This document shows, in pieces, positions 1-10,546 of a DNA stretch of 64,000 nt (its first letter is position 1; each line of letters starts with the position of its first letter). Source of the DNA: an uncultured Chloroflexia bacterium (lineage in GTDB: Bacteria > Chloroflexota > Limnocylindria > Limnocylindrales > CSP1-4); contig CAVXUF010000002.1 of assembly GCA_963764975.1 (NCBI GenBank), positions 7,778 to 71,777 of the forward strand. Direction: 5' to 3'. The position numbers and the translations under genes are program-made. Below the pieces are notes generated by a model. That model was not told where the DNA came from. It did no database searches and saw only the letters and a list, made by a program, of their open reading frames with translations.

Positions 1-438
1 CGGCGTGTCGAGTCGCATGTTCGGGTCGCCGCTGACCTGGAATTCGGTCTCGCTGGCGACATTCGTGCAGTCCGCCGGGCTCGTCGCGGTGGCAACGACG
101 GGCGACGTGAGTCGAAGCGTCATCGTCCCATCTGCCGTGTAGATGATCGGTTCGCGGCTGGGACCGAGGTTCTGGCCGGCGACGAGCCCGACTCCCACGA
201 CGAGGATCACGAGCCCGATCCGTCGGACGATCCCCCGACCGACGACGGTCATGACGCCGCCCATCAGGAGGATGACGCCGGCATAGAGCGTGAGCATCAG
301 GCCCGAGTAGACGGGCCACCACAACCAGTCGATGTAGGCGCCGATGACCGCGGCGATCGATCCTGCGACGACGAGGACCCCGGGCATGAGGAATGACCGA
401 CCGCGGCCGCTCGCTGTCGGCGATACCGAGGTGGTCAT
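1..438 (-). CDS. Membrane protein with C-terminal extracytoplasmic region (runs off the left edge)
   Basis: Read by hand, not in ORF track. ATG at 438 overlaps the upstream stop (ATGA). MTTSVSPTASGRGRSFLMPGVLVVAGSIAAVIGAYIDWLWWPVYSG... has about 3 hydrophobic segments and no stop before position 1. Confidence 0.65.
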   Translation of the reverse strand, partial: MTTSVSPTASGRGRSFLMPGVLVVAGSIAAVIGAYIDWLWWPVYSGLMLTLYAGVILLMGGVMTVVGRGIVRRIGLVILVVGVGLVAGQNLGPSREPIIYTADGTMTLRLTSPVVATATSPADCTNVASETEFQVSGDPNMRLDTP

Positions 439-857
439 GCCCCGAACCTGAAGCTGAAGTGGGTGCCGACAAGGGCACCGAAGACGAAGAACCCGATCGC
501 GGCACCGATCGACAGGATCAGCCGGGCCATGAGGCGATCGGTCGGCCCGACGTCCACGGTGAGTCGCTCGGCGACGACGACCAGCCCGACGATGCCGAAC
601 GCGATGAGCCCGCCAACCATCACCCCCGCGACGAGCATCGCGAAGACGCCCCCCGTGACGGCAAGCAGTCGGACGAGCCGACCGACAACGGGAACGTGGG
701 TTCCAGCCTTGCGATCCCGGTCATCTCCGGCGATCACGAGGCCCGTCAACAGGGCGAAGGGCCAGGCAAATCCGGTGAACGGAGCGATCAGACCGATCGC
801 GATCGCGATGATCACCTGGTGGTAGAGCCGAAATGACGGGGTAGCGGTCTCGTTCAT
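435..857 (-). CDS. Hypothetical multi-pass membrane protein
   Basis: MNETATPSFRLYHQVIIAIAIGLIAPFTGFAWPF..., about 4 TM segments; AGAAAGG SD-like sequence upstream of ATG 857. Confidence 0.7.
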   Translation of the reverse strand: MNETATPSFRLYHQVIIAIAIGLIAPFTGFAWPFALLTGLVIAGDDRDRKAGTHVPVVGRLVRLLAVTGGVFAMLVAGVMVGGLIAFGIVGLVVVAERLTVDVGPTDRLMARLILSIGAAIGFFVFGALVGTHFSFRFGA

Positions 858-983
858 GGTGGCCTTTCTGATCTGTTGGCGATCCATCGGTTGGCGCATG
901 CGAAGACGCGGTGAGGATCCGGGCGTTACGGAGCGCCGCCGCGATGGGTAGCGGAACGTGCCCCTCGCCGTCGGTGGACCGCG

Positions 984-1508
984 TCAAGTGGCGCCATACC
1001 CGACTCCCTGTGGGTCGATCGTGCGGCGCACCGTACCGCGAGCTCGGCTCAGCAGTGTCCGGGTCGCCCCGGCGCTTCGACCGAGGATCGCGGCGATCTC
1101 GCGCCCGGTATACCCCTGGGCGGCGAGGATGAGCCCCGTCCGACCATCCGCCCCGATCGTGTTCAGTGCCACTTCCAGGCCCTGGTTCCGCTCCTGCGCG
1201 AGGAACCGCGTCTCAGGCGATTCCGTGCTCGCCTCGGCCCCGTCGATCAGCACGGATCGTCGCCGGGTGACGGCGGCGTGGCGGGCGCCCGAGATGATGA
1301 GGTTGGTCACCACCCGGTACAGCCAAGCTCGTTCGTCGTTGGGCCTGCCGGATGTCCGCGAGACGACGGCCAGCCTGACGAACGCTTCCTGAACGACGTC
1401 CTCTGCCGCCGCGCTGTCCCGCAGGCGTGCGCCGGCGTATCGGCGCAGCTGTGGCGCGAAGGCGTCGTAGGCCAGGGCGATGGTTTCGTCCCCTTGTTCG
1501 GTCTGCAT
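984..1508 (-). CDS. ECF-type RNA polymerase sigma-70 factor
   Basis: Region 2 (LRRYAGARLRDSAAAEDVVQEAF, AWLYRVVTNL) and region 4 (GYTGREIAAILGRSAGATRTLLSRAR); GGAGG SD. Confidence 0.92.
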   Translation of the reverse strand: MQTEQGDETIALAYDAFAPQLRRYAGARLRDSAAAEDVVQEAFVRLAVVSRTSGRPNDERAWLYRVVTNLIISGARHAAVTRRRSVLIDGAEASTESPETRFLAQERNQGLEVALNTIGADGRTGLILAAQGYTGREIAAILGRSAGATRTLLSRARGTVRRTIDPQGVGYGAT

Positions 1509-1594
1509 ACCAGACCCTCCTGGGCTGTCCTGCGGGCACCTGTCGTGGTGCCAGGACGTCACCTTCGCGCGTGGCAACTACGGTCGGGATGCGG

Positions 1595-3745
1595 TCAGAC
1601 TGCGGCGAGTCTCGATAGCCCGGCTTCGGCCGGCTGACAACCGTCGACGGCGAGCGCGATGGCCTGGCGATAGGCCGCCGCCGCGGATACGCGGTCGCCC
1701 GACGTCTCATATCCCTCTCCGAGGGCGGTCAGGAGGTCGACGGACCGTCCGCGGAGGGCCGCCCGTCGCTCATCGACGTACACGCTGTCGCCATAGAAGG
1801 GACAGTCGTCGAGGTATTCACCGCGATCGAGGACGCGTGCCTCCTCCAGCAAGCGAAGCCTGGCTGGCCCATCGGTGGCGGCCCGTGCCTCGTCGAGTCG
1901 GGCGAGAAAGGCGCCAACGTCTGACCAATCCACGACGGCCGGGTCGAGTCGGTAGCGATCGTTGTGGAACCGGATCGCCCGCTTGCCGCCGCCAGCCGGA
2001 TCGAGCGTGTGGCGCAGGCCGCCGAGCGTCCGGTGGAATGCGAGGTCGGCGCGTTCGACGTCGGTATCGGGCCAGATGAGTTCGAGCGCCTCGTCCTTGG
2101 CGATACCGCGCTCCCCGCGATCGAAGAGGAACGCGAACAGCGCCTGCGCCTGCCGCGAGCCCGCTTTCTCGCCACCCCACCGCTCGATCGTCTCGGCCCC
2201 GCGCTGCACCCGCAGCGAGCCGAGCGCATAGACGCGCAATCCAGGCGCGGCTTCGGATCGACGGACGAGTTCCTCGTACAACCTCGACCCGCTCGCGTTC
2301 ACCTCGTTGCGTTCACGGGAGAGACCGCTGAGGGCTTCGGCCTGCTCACCCTCTCGTCGGCCCGTGCGCAGGGCGGCCGCGACGTACTCCGCCGCGAGTC
2401 GCAGGAGTTCCTCGTCCTGCGCGCCAAGCGGCACGCCCGTCCGTCGACCGCCGACGCGGAGTTCGCCCATATGCTCGTCCTCGGCCATCAGCGTGATCGT
2501 GGGGCCGGTCCTGGGATCGGGCGTCGGGCCTGCCTCGGCGGCGATCGAACCGTCACGCCGGAACACCACCGCCCCGTCCAGATCCAACGTCTCCGCCACG
2601 CGGGTCAGCGCCGGTTGCACGCCGGCATCGGCGGCGCGAGCGGTGAGGACCGGCTGGCCAAGCGCGGTGAGCAGGCGCTCCCGGGCGACGGTCGACGGCA
2701 GGCGTCCGCCGAGTCGCGCCCGAGCCCAGGCCGTCGCCGGCTCGTAGACGGCGATCGTCACCACCAGCACGAGGACGGTCGGCAGCGGGAGATCGATCCC
2801 GGTGATGGCACGGCTGGCGGCATCGGCGGCCAGCAGCGCGCCGACGAGCAGGAACAGGCCGAGACCGAGCGTCAACGACGTCCAGAACGCCTTTCCCGCG
2901 ACTTCTGGCGCGAAGAACAGGCCGGGCGAGAAGACCACCGACGCCGACAGGACCATCGCGAGTGTCACCAGCGACAGGCCGATCCACGGATCGGTCGCGG
3001 TCACCTCCGAGAGCAGGCGGATGATGCCGCCGAGGGCGCCGAAGCCGACGGCCGCGACGGTGACCCCGAGCTGTCGCCGTCGGGGATCGTTTCGTTTCGT
3101 GCGACGGTACGCGGCGATCAGCCAGCCAGCGCCCAGCAGGATCGTCGCGACTCGAGTGGCGAGGCGAACCCAACCCAGGACCTCACCTGATATCGGACCG
3201 AGGCTCAGCTGCGGTGGCGCGATCGCGATCGGGTGGAGCGGATCGATGACACCGGGCACCGTGAACGCCACGTTCAGCAGGTAGGCGATCGCAAGCACCT
3301 GGAGCGGGCGGCGACTCCGACGACCCTCGAACGCGATCATCAGCGAGAGATGCGCGAACGCGGGGACGATCAGGGCGGCGGTGATCTCCTCGATGGCGTG
3401 GCCCGTATCCACGGCCCCGTCGGCGGTCGACAGGCGCTGGATGATGATGCTGCCGCTCCAGACGACGACCGTCAGCGACAGAAACGCAAACACCCGGGCC
3501 AGTGGGGTGCTGAACCGTGTCAGGACGGTCAGTCCAAGCCAGACGCCGAGGATGGCGGTCAGGCTGTGGGCCGTTACTTCCAGATGCTCAGGCGTGAGCA
3601 CCACGTCCGTCTCCCTCCCGGGCGCGAACTGACCCGTGGAGCGTCGGCCGGTGGGATCCGATGCGGGGATGCCGTCCACGTCGCCGACGTCGGCATCTTC
3701 GCAGGTTGCCTGCGCCCTCGTCGAGGGAGTTCGCGCGGCGTCCAT
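1595..3745 (-). CDS. Membrane-anchored SARP/BTAD-type transcriptional regulator (multi-TM sensor + GAF-like + wHTH/BTAD)
   Basis: About 9 hydrophobic segments, then a GAF-like part (GELRVGGRRTGVPLGAQDEELL), then LRVYALGSLRV...ALELIWPD...FHRTLGGLRHTL...DRGEYLDD; start uncertain. Confidence 0.8.
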   Translation of the reverse strand: MDAARTPSTRAQATCEDADVGDVDGIPASDPTGRRSTGQFAPGRETDVVLTPEHLEVTAHSLTAILGVWLGLTVLTRFSTPLARVFAFLSLTVVVWSGSIIIQRLSTADGAVDTGHAIEEITAALIVPAFAHLSLMIAFEGRRSRRPLQVLAIAYLLNVAFTVPGVIDPLHPIAIAPPQLSLGPISGEVLGWVRLATRVATILLGAGWLIAAYRRTKRNDPRRRQLGVTVAAVGFGALGGIIRLLSEVTATDPWIGLSLVTLAMVLSASVVFSPGLFFAPEVAGKAFWTSLTLGLGLFLLVGALLAADAASRAITGIDLPLPTVLVLVVTIAVYEPATAWARARLGGRLPSTVARERLLTALGQPVLTARAADAGVQPALTRVAETLDLDGAVVFRRDGSIAAEAGPTPDPRTGPTITLMAEDEHMGELRVGGRRTGVPLGAQDEELLRLAAEYVAAALRTGRREGEQAEALSGLSRERNEVNASGSRLYEELVRRSEAAPGLRVYALGSLRVQRGAETIERWGGEKAGSRQAQALFAFLFDRGERGIAKDEALELIWPDTDVERADLAFHRTLGGLRHTLDPAGGGKRAIRFHNDRYRLDPAVVDWSDVGAFLARLDEARAATDGPARLRLLEEARVLDRGEYLDDCPFYGDSVYVDERRAALRGRSVDLLTALGEGYETSGDRVSAAAAYRQAIALAVDGCQPAEAGLSRLAAV

Positions 3746-3800
3746 ACCGCGCCGAGATCAACGGGCTGTGACAAATGATCGAGATCGGCGTCCAACAGCC

Positions 3801-4395
3801 ATGAAGCCGATCTCACCCGCCAGACCGACGCGGCGATCCGAGCGGGCCGCGGGAGCGGTCCTGTTCGCGACTGGCGCAGCCCTGACCCTGTACACCGTGG
3901 TCGGTCTCGCCCCGCGGATGGCCGATCTTGGTTCAGCAAGCCCGCCGGTGCAAGGCAACGCAGTCATGACGTTGATGATCGCCGGGCCGATGTTCTTGCT
4001 GGTCATCCTGGCGCACGGTGGCCTGTGGGTGGCTGCTGTGGCGCGGGCGATCCGGGGCCAGGACGTTCGCCGTCGCCTGGATCGTGGTCGGCGGTCTCTT
4101 TGCCGCCCAGGCACTGGCTGGCTTCGGCAATGTCCTGTGGGCGCTCCGCGTCGCGATCGTCGAGCCTGACCGACTCCTGATCCACTGGCCGCTGGCCTAC
4201 TACGACCCGTTTCTCGGCTCGAATGTCGTCGGGACGCCCCTGGAAGTCGCTGTCCGTTCGGTCGGATGGACGATGTGGCCTTCTGGTTGCCAGGTGTCAT
4301 CGCGGTCGCGGCGGTCAGCGTGGCCGCCTCTGGTTCTCGCGGGGCGGGGGCAAGCCACCGAGCGGAGCGGCGTCGAGGGACCGCGGACTGCCTGA
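3801..4395 (+). pseudogene. Membrane protein interrupted by apparent frameshifts
   Basis: Hydrophobic coding sense jumps between ORFs 3636..4169, 4018..4395 and 4266..4541 (shifts near 4055, 4270 and about 4325). Confidence 0.5.
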
Positions 4396-4537
4396 CAGCG
4401 GGAGCTGACGCGCCGACCCATACACTTTCCCTTCACACTGTGCGCCGCGGCGTTGATGACGTGCCGCGGGGCGCAGACAGGGAGGATCGGGTGACGGTCA
4501 GGGTCGAAGGGCGCACGATCAGCGGAGACCACGTGAC

Positions 4538-5899
4538 GTGAGCGACGAGACCCCGGGCCCCGGCGCGCTCTTCACCCTCGACCCAGCCCGCGCCTATCCG
4601 ATCCTCGATCGTGCGGATGGCGTCTACGTCTGGGACACCGATGGGCGCCGCCACCTCGACGCGATCGCGGGGATCGGCGTCGCGAACATCGGCTACGGCC
4701 GCGACGAGGTCGTGGCCGCGATGACCGAGCAGGCCGCCCGACTCCCGTATGCGGTCGGCAACATCTTCGGCAACGAGCCGGCGATGCGGCTCGCCGAAAA
4801 CATCGCGCGGCTGACGCCGGGCGACCTCGACTTCGTCCACTTCACCTCGGGTGGGTCGGAGGCCGTCGAGGTCGCCCTGAAGATGGCCCGCCAGTACCAC
4901 GTCCTGCGCGGCGAGCCGGAGCGATCCACGTTCATCTCGCGCTGGACCGGCTACCACGGCGCGACGTTGTGGGGCCTCACCGTCGGTGGTTCGAAGCTGC
5001 GCCGCCGCGTCTACGAACCGCTCCTGGCGGACACGCCGCACATCCGCGCCCCGTACTGCTTTCGCTGCCCGTGGCCGGACGCGCACCCGGATTGCGGCCG
5101 GCCGGCGGCCGACGAACTCGAGGCGGCGATCGTGGCCGCCGGTCCTGGACGGGTGGCCGCGTTCATCGCTGAACCGATCGTCGCCTCGGTCGGCGGGGCC
5201 CTCCGGCCGCAGGACGACTACTGGCCGCGCATCCGCGAGATCTGTGACCGACACGGCGTCCTGCTGATCGCGGACGAGGTCGTCACGGGCTTCGGGCGGA
5301 CCGGGCGGACGTTCGCGCTCGACCACTGGGGTGTCGTGCCGGACCTGCTCGTCATGGGCAAGGGCATCAGCGGTGGGTACGCGCCGCTCGGGGCCGTGGC
5401 GGTCCGGGCGGGGATCCGCGCGGCGTTCGCCGATGCGAGCGCGGCGTTCGAGCACATCTTCACGTTCGGCGGGAACCCCATCGCGACCGCGGCCGCCGGT
5501 GCGGTCCTGGCGATCTGGGAGCGCGAGCAGCTGACGGACAACGTCGTCAACCTCGAGCCCGCGTTCCGTGCGGCCCTCGACCGCCTGCGCGAGCACCCGT
5601 TCGTCGGTGATGTGCGCGTCAGCGGGTTCATGGCCGGGATCGAGTTCGTGGCCGACCGCGAGACCGCCGAGCCGTTCCCGGCCGCCATGCGCTTCGGGGC
5701 CCGGATCCGCGACGCCGGACTGCGTAACGGCGTGGTCACGTACCCGGGCAGCGGGATGGCCGATGGCGCCCGAGGCGACATCATCAGCCTCTATCCACCG
5801 CTCACCTTCGACGAGAGCCACATCGCGGAGCTCGCCGAGCGCCTGGAGGCGACGTTCACCGAGGTCGAGCACACGCTCGCGTCCGAACGCGACGCCTGA
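4538..5899 (+). CDS. Class III PLP-dependent aminotransferase
   Basis: FTSGGSEAVEVALK, GYHGAT, LLIADEVVTGFGRTG, MGKGISGGYAPLG motifs. Confidence 0.95.
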   Translation: MSDETPGPGALFTLDPARAYPILDRADGVYVWDTDGRRHLDAIAGIGVANIGYGRDEVVAAMTEQAARLPYAVGNIFGNEPAMRLAENIARLTPGDLDFVHFTSGGSEAVEVALKMARQYHVLRGEPERSTFISRWTGYHGATLWGLTVGGSKLRRRVYEPLLADTPHIRAPYCFRCPWPDAHPDCGRPAADELEAAIVAAGPGRVAAFIAEPIVASVGGALRPQDDYWPRIREICDRHGVLLIADEVVTGFGRTGRTFALDHWGVVPDLLVMGKGISGGYAPLGAVAVRAGIRAAFADASAAFEHIFTFGGNPIATAAAGAVLAIWEREQLTDNVVNLEPAFRAALDRLREHPFVGDVRVSGFMAGIEFVADRETAEPFPAAMRFGARIRDAGLRNGVVTYPGSGMADGARGDIISLYPPLTFDESHIAELAERLEATFTEVEHTLASERDA

Positions 5900-5923
5900 T
5901 GCAACGTCGCTCGGTGAGCCGGC

Positions 5924-6319
5924 TCAGGTCAGCCGGACGATCCCGGCGATGCCGTCGAAGCCCACGTCGAAGCTCATGATCCGGCCGATGTCATGGGCCT
6001 GCATCACGGCGACATGGATCGCGTCACGCGCCGACAGTCGAGGGGTGGTGCGCAGTAGTCGTCGCGCACGCTCGACGTCGGTGAACTCGATGGGGTAGGT
6101 GGTGTCGACCACGCCTCGGAGCGCCGCGAACGCCGGATCGATCGCCTCGTGTCGACCGATCCGGTGATATCGATGGAGGATCTCCTGAAAGACTTCGGCG
6201 TCGGTCACCAGTGGTTCCCCAGCGATCGCCGCAACTTCAAGCAACCGCTGCGACCGCGTCCGCAGGTCGTCGTCGCTGCCAACGAGGTACATCGGGATGT
6301 TCGAGTCGACCAGGATCAC
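5924..6319 (-). CDS. vapC: VapC PIN-domain toxin
   Basis: [11 protein letters not shown]..., [27 protein letters not shown]; GTG start overlaps the antitoxin stop. Confidence 0.9.
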   Translation of the reverse strand: MILVDSNIPMYLVGSDDDLRTRSQRLLEVAAIAGEPLVTDAEVFQEILHRYHRIGRHEAIDPAFAALRGVVDTTYPIEFTDVERARRLLRTTPRLSARDAIHVAVMQAHDIGRIMSFDVGFDGIAGIVRLT

Positions 6320-6573
6320 GGCCGGGTGTCGTCGACGTAGCCGCTCTCGATCTCCTCGAGCATCTGAGCGATATCCGGCGCGGGGTAGCGAAACGTACTC
6401 GCGGTCCTGATCGCCGCCAACTTCGAGGCGACATCCGGCCTCGAGCGCTGAGAGCCGGCCTCGCGGAGACGCTGGCGCACCCACTCGGCCGTCGTCACAT
6501 GCTCCCGTCGGGCGAGGCGCTGGATCAGCCTGAGCTCGACGTCGTCCATCAGGACTTGAAGGCGTTTGGTCAT
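6316..6573 (-). CDS. vapB: VapB-type (RHH-like) antitoxin
   Basis: [36 protein letters not shown]; directly upstream of and overlapping the PIN gene. Confidence 0.85.
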   Translation of the reverse strand: MTKRLQVLMDDVELRLIQRLARREHVTTAEWVRQRLREAGSQRSRPDVASKLAAIRTASTFRYPAPDIAQMLEEIESGYVDDTRP

Positions 6574-6588
6574 ATCGTGCAGTCTGAG

Positions 6589-6608
6589 TGACTCATCATG
6601 ATGAGTCA
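6589..6608. promoter_or_regulatory. Perfect 20-bp palindrome, probable vapBC autoregulatory operator
   Basis: TGACTCATCATGATGAGTCA, 15 bp upstream of the antitoxin start. Confidence 0.7.
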
Positions 6609-6663
6609 AGTCCGCGACCGAGCTCGGCCGCGGGCGCCTAGCTCGTACTGCAGATGGCTGGGC

Positions 6664-6723
6664 GTATGCACGAATTCGGCGTTCGAGGTCGCCGCGAGCC
6701 CCGTATGCCCGTCGACTGCATAC
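6664..6723 (-). repeat. Intergenic palindromic repeat family A, copy 1 (inverted)
   Basis: Reverse complement of GTATGCAGTCGACGGGCATAC at 6703-6723, then 31 nt, then GTGCAT. Confidence 0.85.
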
Positions 6724-6801
6724 GATGGGCGGCGTAGAGCGGGTACGTCGCGACCGTCCGGTAGGTCGCACCCGCGACCGCTCGATCAGGAGGGAGTGAC
6801 C

Positions 6802-7116
6802 ATGCGTCCTCTCGTGGCGGATGCGTCGGCGCCCGGCAGGCTCGCCGTTCGCGAACTGCCCGAGCCTGTGCCGGGTGCCGGCGAGGTCCTCGTGTCGGTG
6901 CGCGCGTTCTCGATCAATCGAGGCGAGATGCGGATGCTCGGGACCGCCGACGACGGGTGGCGCCCCGGTTGGGACTTCGCGGGCGTCCTCGAGACCGACG
7001 TCGAGGGTGGCCGCCGCGCAGGGACCCGAGTCGTCGGTATCCGGCGTGGTGGCACATGGGCCGAGCAAGTGGCGGTTTCCGACGCGTGGATCACGCCCTT
7101 GCCCGACGGGATCTAG
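6802..7116 (+). pseudogene. Truncated MDR-family (zinc-binding ADH/quinone oxidoreductase-like) gene, GroES-like N-terminal domain only
   Basis: LPEPVPGAGEVLVSVRAFSINRGE...GWDFAGV...AEQVAV...PLPDGI stops after 104 aa; no Rossmann domain follows; good SD. Confidence 0.7.
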
Positions 7117-7175
7117 CTAGATCCCCAACTGGCGGGCGAGCACCCCCGTGCGCACCGCCGCCCCCCGCGCCGGGC

Positions 7176-7233
7176 GTATGCAGTCGACGGGCATACACCC
7201 AGGGACTTCGCGCCGGCGCCGCTATAGGTGCAT
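7176..7233 (+). repeat. Intergenic palindromic repeat family A, copy 2
   Basis: GTATGCAGTCGACGGGCATAC-N31-GTGCAT. Confidence 0.85.
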
Positions 7234-7265
7234 AACCGCGCCTGCAGGCACCCGGTCCGGCCCGG

Positions 7266-7883
7266 TCAGGGCGACGGCGTGGCCTCGAGCGGCGTGCCGC
7301 AGTCGGTGAACCAGACGATCGTTCCGTCCTCGCGGGCGGCGAGGTGGAGTGTCTGCCGGTTCGACGTGCCGTCGATCACGATATCGGTGTCGACTGGGAT
7401 CGTGTCCTCGATCAAGGTCGTGACGTCGTCCGTCGTCCAGTCCCAGACCTCCAGGTCGCCGATCGACCGGATCGCGACCGCGACAGTCGGATCGGCCCGC
7501 TTCGGGAGCTCGGTCCGACACTGGTCCTCGCCATACCGAGCGAGCACGGCTGGATGGAGGCTGGCGACCTGGAATGTGGCGTCGCCCTCCCGGAGCGCCA
7601 CGACGAGGCTGGCGATGAACGCCTCCACCGCCTGCTCGTCGACCGGCGCGGCGGTCGGATCCGGCGTCGGTGTCGCGTCGGGCGTGGGATCGGGCGATGG
7701 CGTGAGCGTCGCATCGGGTGTGGCCGCGGTGGTCGGCGCCGTGGAAGGGGTGGCCGCGGCCACCGGTGACGGACTCGAGGCCGCACGTCCGTCACCACCC
7801 GGTGTCAGGAGTGCCGCGCCGCTGACGGCGACGATCGCGATCCCCGCGGCGAGGAGAGCCCAGCCGAGGAGCCGGCCGCTCAC
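7266..7883 (-). CDS. Secreted or membrane-anchored hypothetical protein with Pro/Thr linker
   Basis: N-terminal hydrophobic helix, TPDATPTPDP linker, small C-terminal domain with two Cys. Confidence 0.75.
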   Translation of the reverse strand: MSGRLLGWALLAAGIAIVAVSGAALLTPGGDGRAASSPSPVAAATPSTAPTTAATPDATLTPSPDPTPDATPTPDPTAAPVDEQAVEAFIASLVVALREGDATFQVASLHPAVLARYGEDQCRTELPKRADPTVAVAIRSIGDLEVWDWTTDDVTTLIEDTIPVDTDIVIDGTSNRQTLHLAAREDGTIVWFTDCGTPLEATPSP

Positions 7884-7895
7884 GGCGTCGTCACC

Positions 7896-10546
7896 CTACG
7901 GACACTCGCGCTCGTAGTGGCCCATGAGGCGTTCCTGCTCGGCGGCGTCCTCGATGCCCCGCATCGCGTCCTGGTAGATGCTCTTCACGACGACGGTCGT
8001 GATGTCCTTCCGGCCCTTGCCGTACGCAAGCGGCCGCGGCGTCACGGAGAGCTCCACGGTTCGGCACTGGTCGGTCGCGACCCATGTCCCGTCCTGACAG
8101 ACGAAGCGGCGCTCCTTGCGGAGCGATCGCACGACGAATGGCACCGTGATGACGAGCTGCTGCTCGTAGCGCGTGCCCATCGACGCCCGCTGGTGGTCAA
8201 GCGAGCTGAACAATGATCCGAGGTCGTCCTTGACCATCCGCATCGAGCGCTGGCTGATGCTCGCGGGGCCCTCGACGCGGTTGCCCTCGTCGTCGGTCTG
8301 ACGGGGCTCCAGCCATTCGCCGAACTTGAGCGGCACCGGGAAGGCCGCCCACTCGATGCGGGCGTCTTGTGGTAGCAGGCGGAAGTCCTTCGTTCCGACG
8401 AACCGCCACTCCTCGGTGCCGTCTGCGCACTGGCGGGGTCGAGGCTGCGATCCGCCGGGTGGGGGCACCTCCGTGCCGCCTCCGCCACCACCGGGGTTGG
8501 TCCCGCCCGGCGCGCCGCCTCCGGGCACGGACCCGCCGCCTCCGAGCACGGACCCTCCGCCTCCGGGCACGGACCCGCCGCCCGCGCCGGCTCCGCCGCT
8601 GTCGCCCGGACCCTCGCCGGCGCCACCCCCTCCGGCGGCGGCTCGACCGCTCCCGTCCAAGGCACTCGTCGTAGGCCTGTTGGAGCACGGCCGCCTGCTT
8701 GCAGACGTACTCGGCGTGCTGTTCGGCCGCGTGCGCCGACCCGCGGGCCCGCTGCGCCTGTTGCTCGGCGTCGGATGCCGCCTTCAACGCCGCCTGCTCG
8801 GCCGACTGGGCGGCAGCGAGCTTCGCCCGCGCGGCCTCGATCCTCGCCGTCGCGCTCCCGCGCCGCCCGTCGGCGCAGCTCCTCGATCGTCTCGGCCTTC
8901 TCGAGGTCCAGGACTTCCTGACGGTAGGTCTCGGTGATCGCCTCGCGCTGGGCGTGCGACGTCGCGGCGGCCAACTGCGGGTCGTATCTCGCGGCCAGCT
9001 CCTGGCGGGCCTCCTCCAGCAGCCGCAGGTCGCGCTCCGTCAGGGTGAGCCCACCGGACGAGATGCTCGACGTGCCCTCGTCAGGGGCCTCTAGTTCGAC
9101 GTCCAGCTCCCGCTGGGCATCCTCCCGGGCACGCGTCGCCTTCTGGGCGTCCGCCCGGACCTTTGCCGCAGCGGTCGTCTGCTCGTCGGCCTCGGCACGG
9201 GCGTCGCGAGCGGCGTCGCGGGCGGCCTTGCAGTCCAGATTTCCCTTGGCGAGCGCGTCGGCGAGGTCGTCGCAGGGGCCTCGAGACGCCGCGGCCAGGA
9301 AGTCGCCACCAGTCGTCGTGGCTAGCTCGGTCGCCGGGGTGCGCGGCACGGCACGACCGGCCGCCTGGCCCGCGCCGCGGGCTCGCATGACGAGGCCGAA
9401 CCCGATGATCGCGAGAATCGTCCCGACCACGAGTCCGACAAGCGGCAGGAGCGGCACGTCCCCACCGCCGGAGGAGGGCGCTGCGACGGGTGTGGCGCTC
9501 GGTACCGGCGTTGGCGGGACGGGCGTCGGTGTCGCGCTCGGGACGGGCGTCGGTGTCGCCGTCGCGGTGGCGACGGGAGTCGCGGTCGGTGCGGCGGTCG
9601 GTGCCGGCTCGGGGGCCCGACCGGGCGCGAACGTCCCGTCGGACTGCAGGAGTGGCAGGCCATCGAAGCCGTCGGGCACCGTCGTCCAGCCCGCCGGGAT
9701 GCCTGGGAAGGACGCGAACGAGGTCGTTCCGGGGGCGAACTGCCCGCCACCGGCGACGCCGGTATACGCGCGCTGGCCATCGAACGTGAAGAGTTCCGTC
9801 TCGGTGGGCCACCAGAGCTGGAACAGCTTCTCGTCGAAGTAGCCGAACGCGTGGCTCCTCGTCCGCGTCCATTGGGCCGACGCCGGGTTCCAGTACGACG
9901 TGACGACGAACGGCTCCGCGGGCCCGGGTGGGTCGTTGATCCCCGCGTACCGGTTGCCGTCGCCGAGTGGATCGCCGCCCGGCAGCTGCGGCCGACTTGG
10001 CGCGACCGGCCCGAGTCGTGCGTCGTGGACGACCAGCGAGATGTCGGTGAAGTCCGGACCCGCGAGGTCCACCGGTCGGTCCAGGAAGAAGGTCGACACC
10101 AGCCACGTCGTCGGCAGGGGCGTGTCGAGCTGGAAGGTCGGCTCCTGGCAGTAGATGTGATCCTCGCCGCACGCGAGGGCGCCACCGCGAAGCCCGGCGA
10201 TCTGGTCCGGGGTATACGTCGCGAGGTAGGCGTAGTCGAAGCGCAGGCCGATCCCGTCCGGCCGCTCCCCGCCCTCGTCCGGCGGGATGGGGCCGGCGAA
10301 CGGATCGAAGTACTCGGGTTCGGCGTACTCGACGAGCGGCTCGCTCTCGACGAGCGCGCGCCGGGCTCGGTCGGGGACCCCGGCGATGACCACGATCTTC
10401 TCGAAGTGCTCGAGCTCGTCGAACGTGGGGTATTCCTGGGCCTGCGTCGATGGGGCGGTCGCGAGAAGGAGCCACGTCAGCCCGACGGCGAGGCACAGGG
10501 CCACGGCGGTCTGTCGCGCACCCGTCCGACTCGTGTCTCCGCCCAT
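7896..10546 (-). CDS. Large single-pass membrane protein (extracellular domain, PT linker, TM, coiled coil, Gly-rich linker, Cys-containing C-terminal domain); two apparent frameshifts
   Basis: Signal peptide (AVALCLAVGLTWLLLATAPSTQA); coding sense passes from frame 8042..11305 to frame 8197..8787 near 8855 and to frame 7896..8660 near 8650. Confidence 0.65.
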
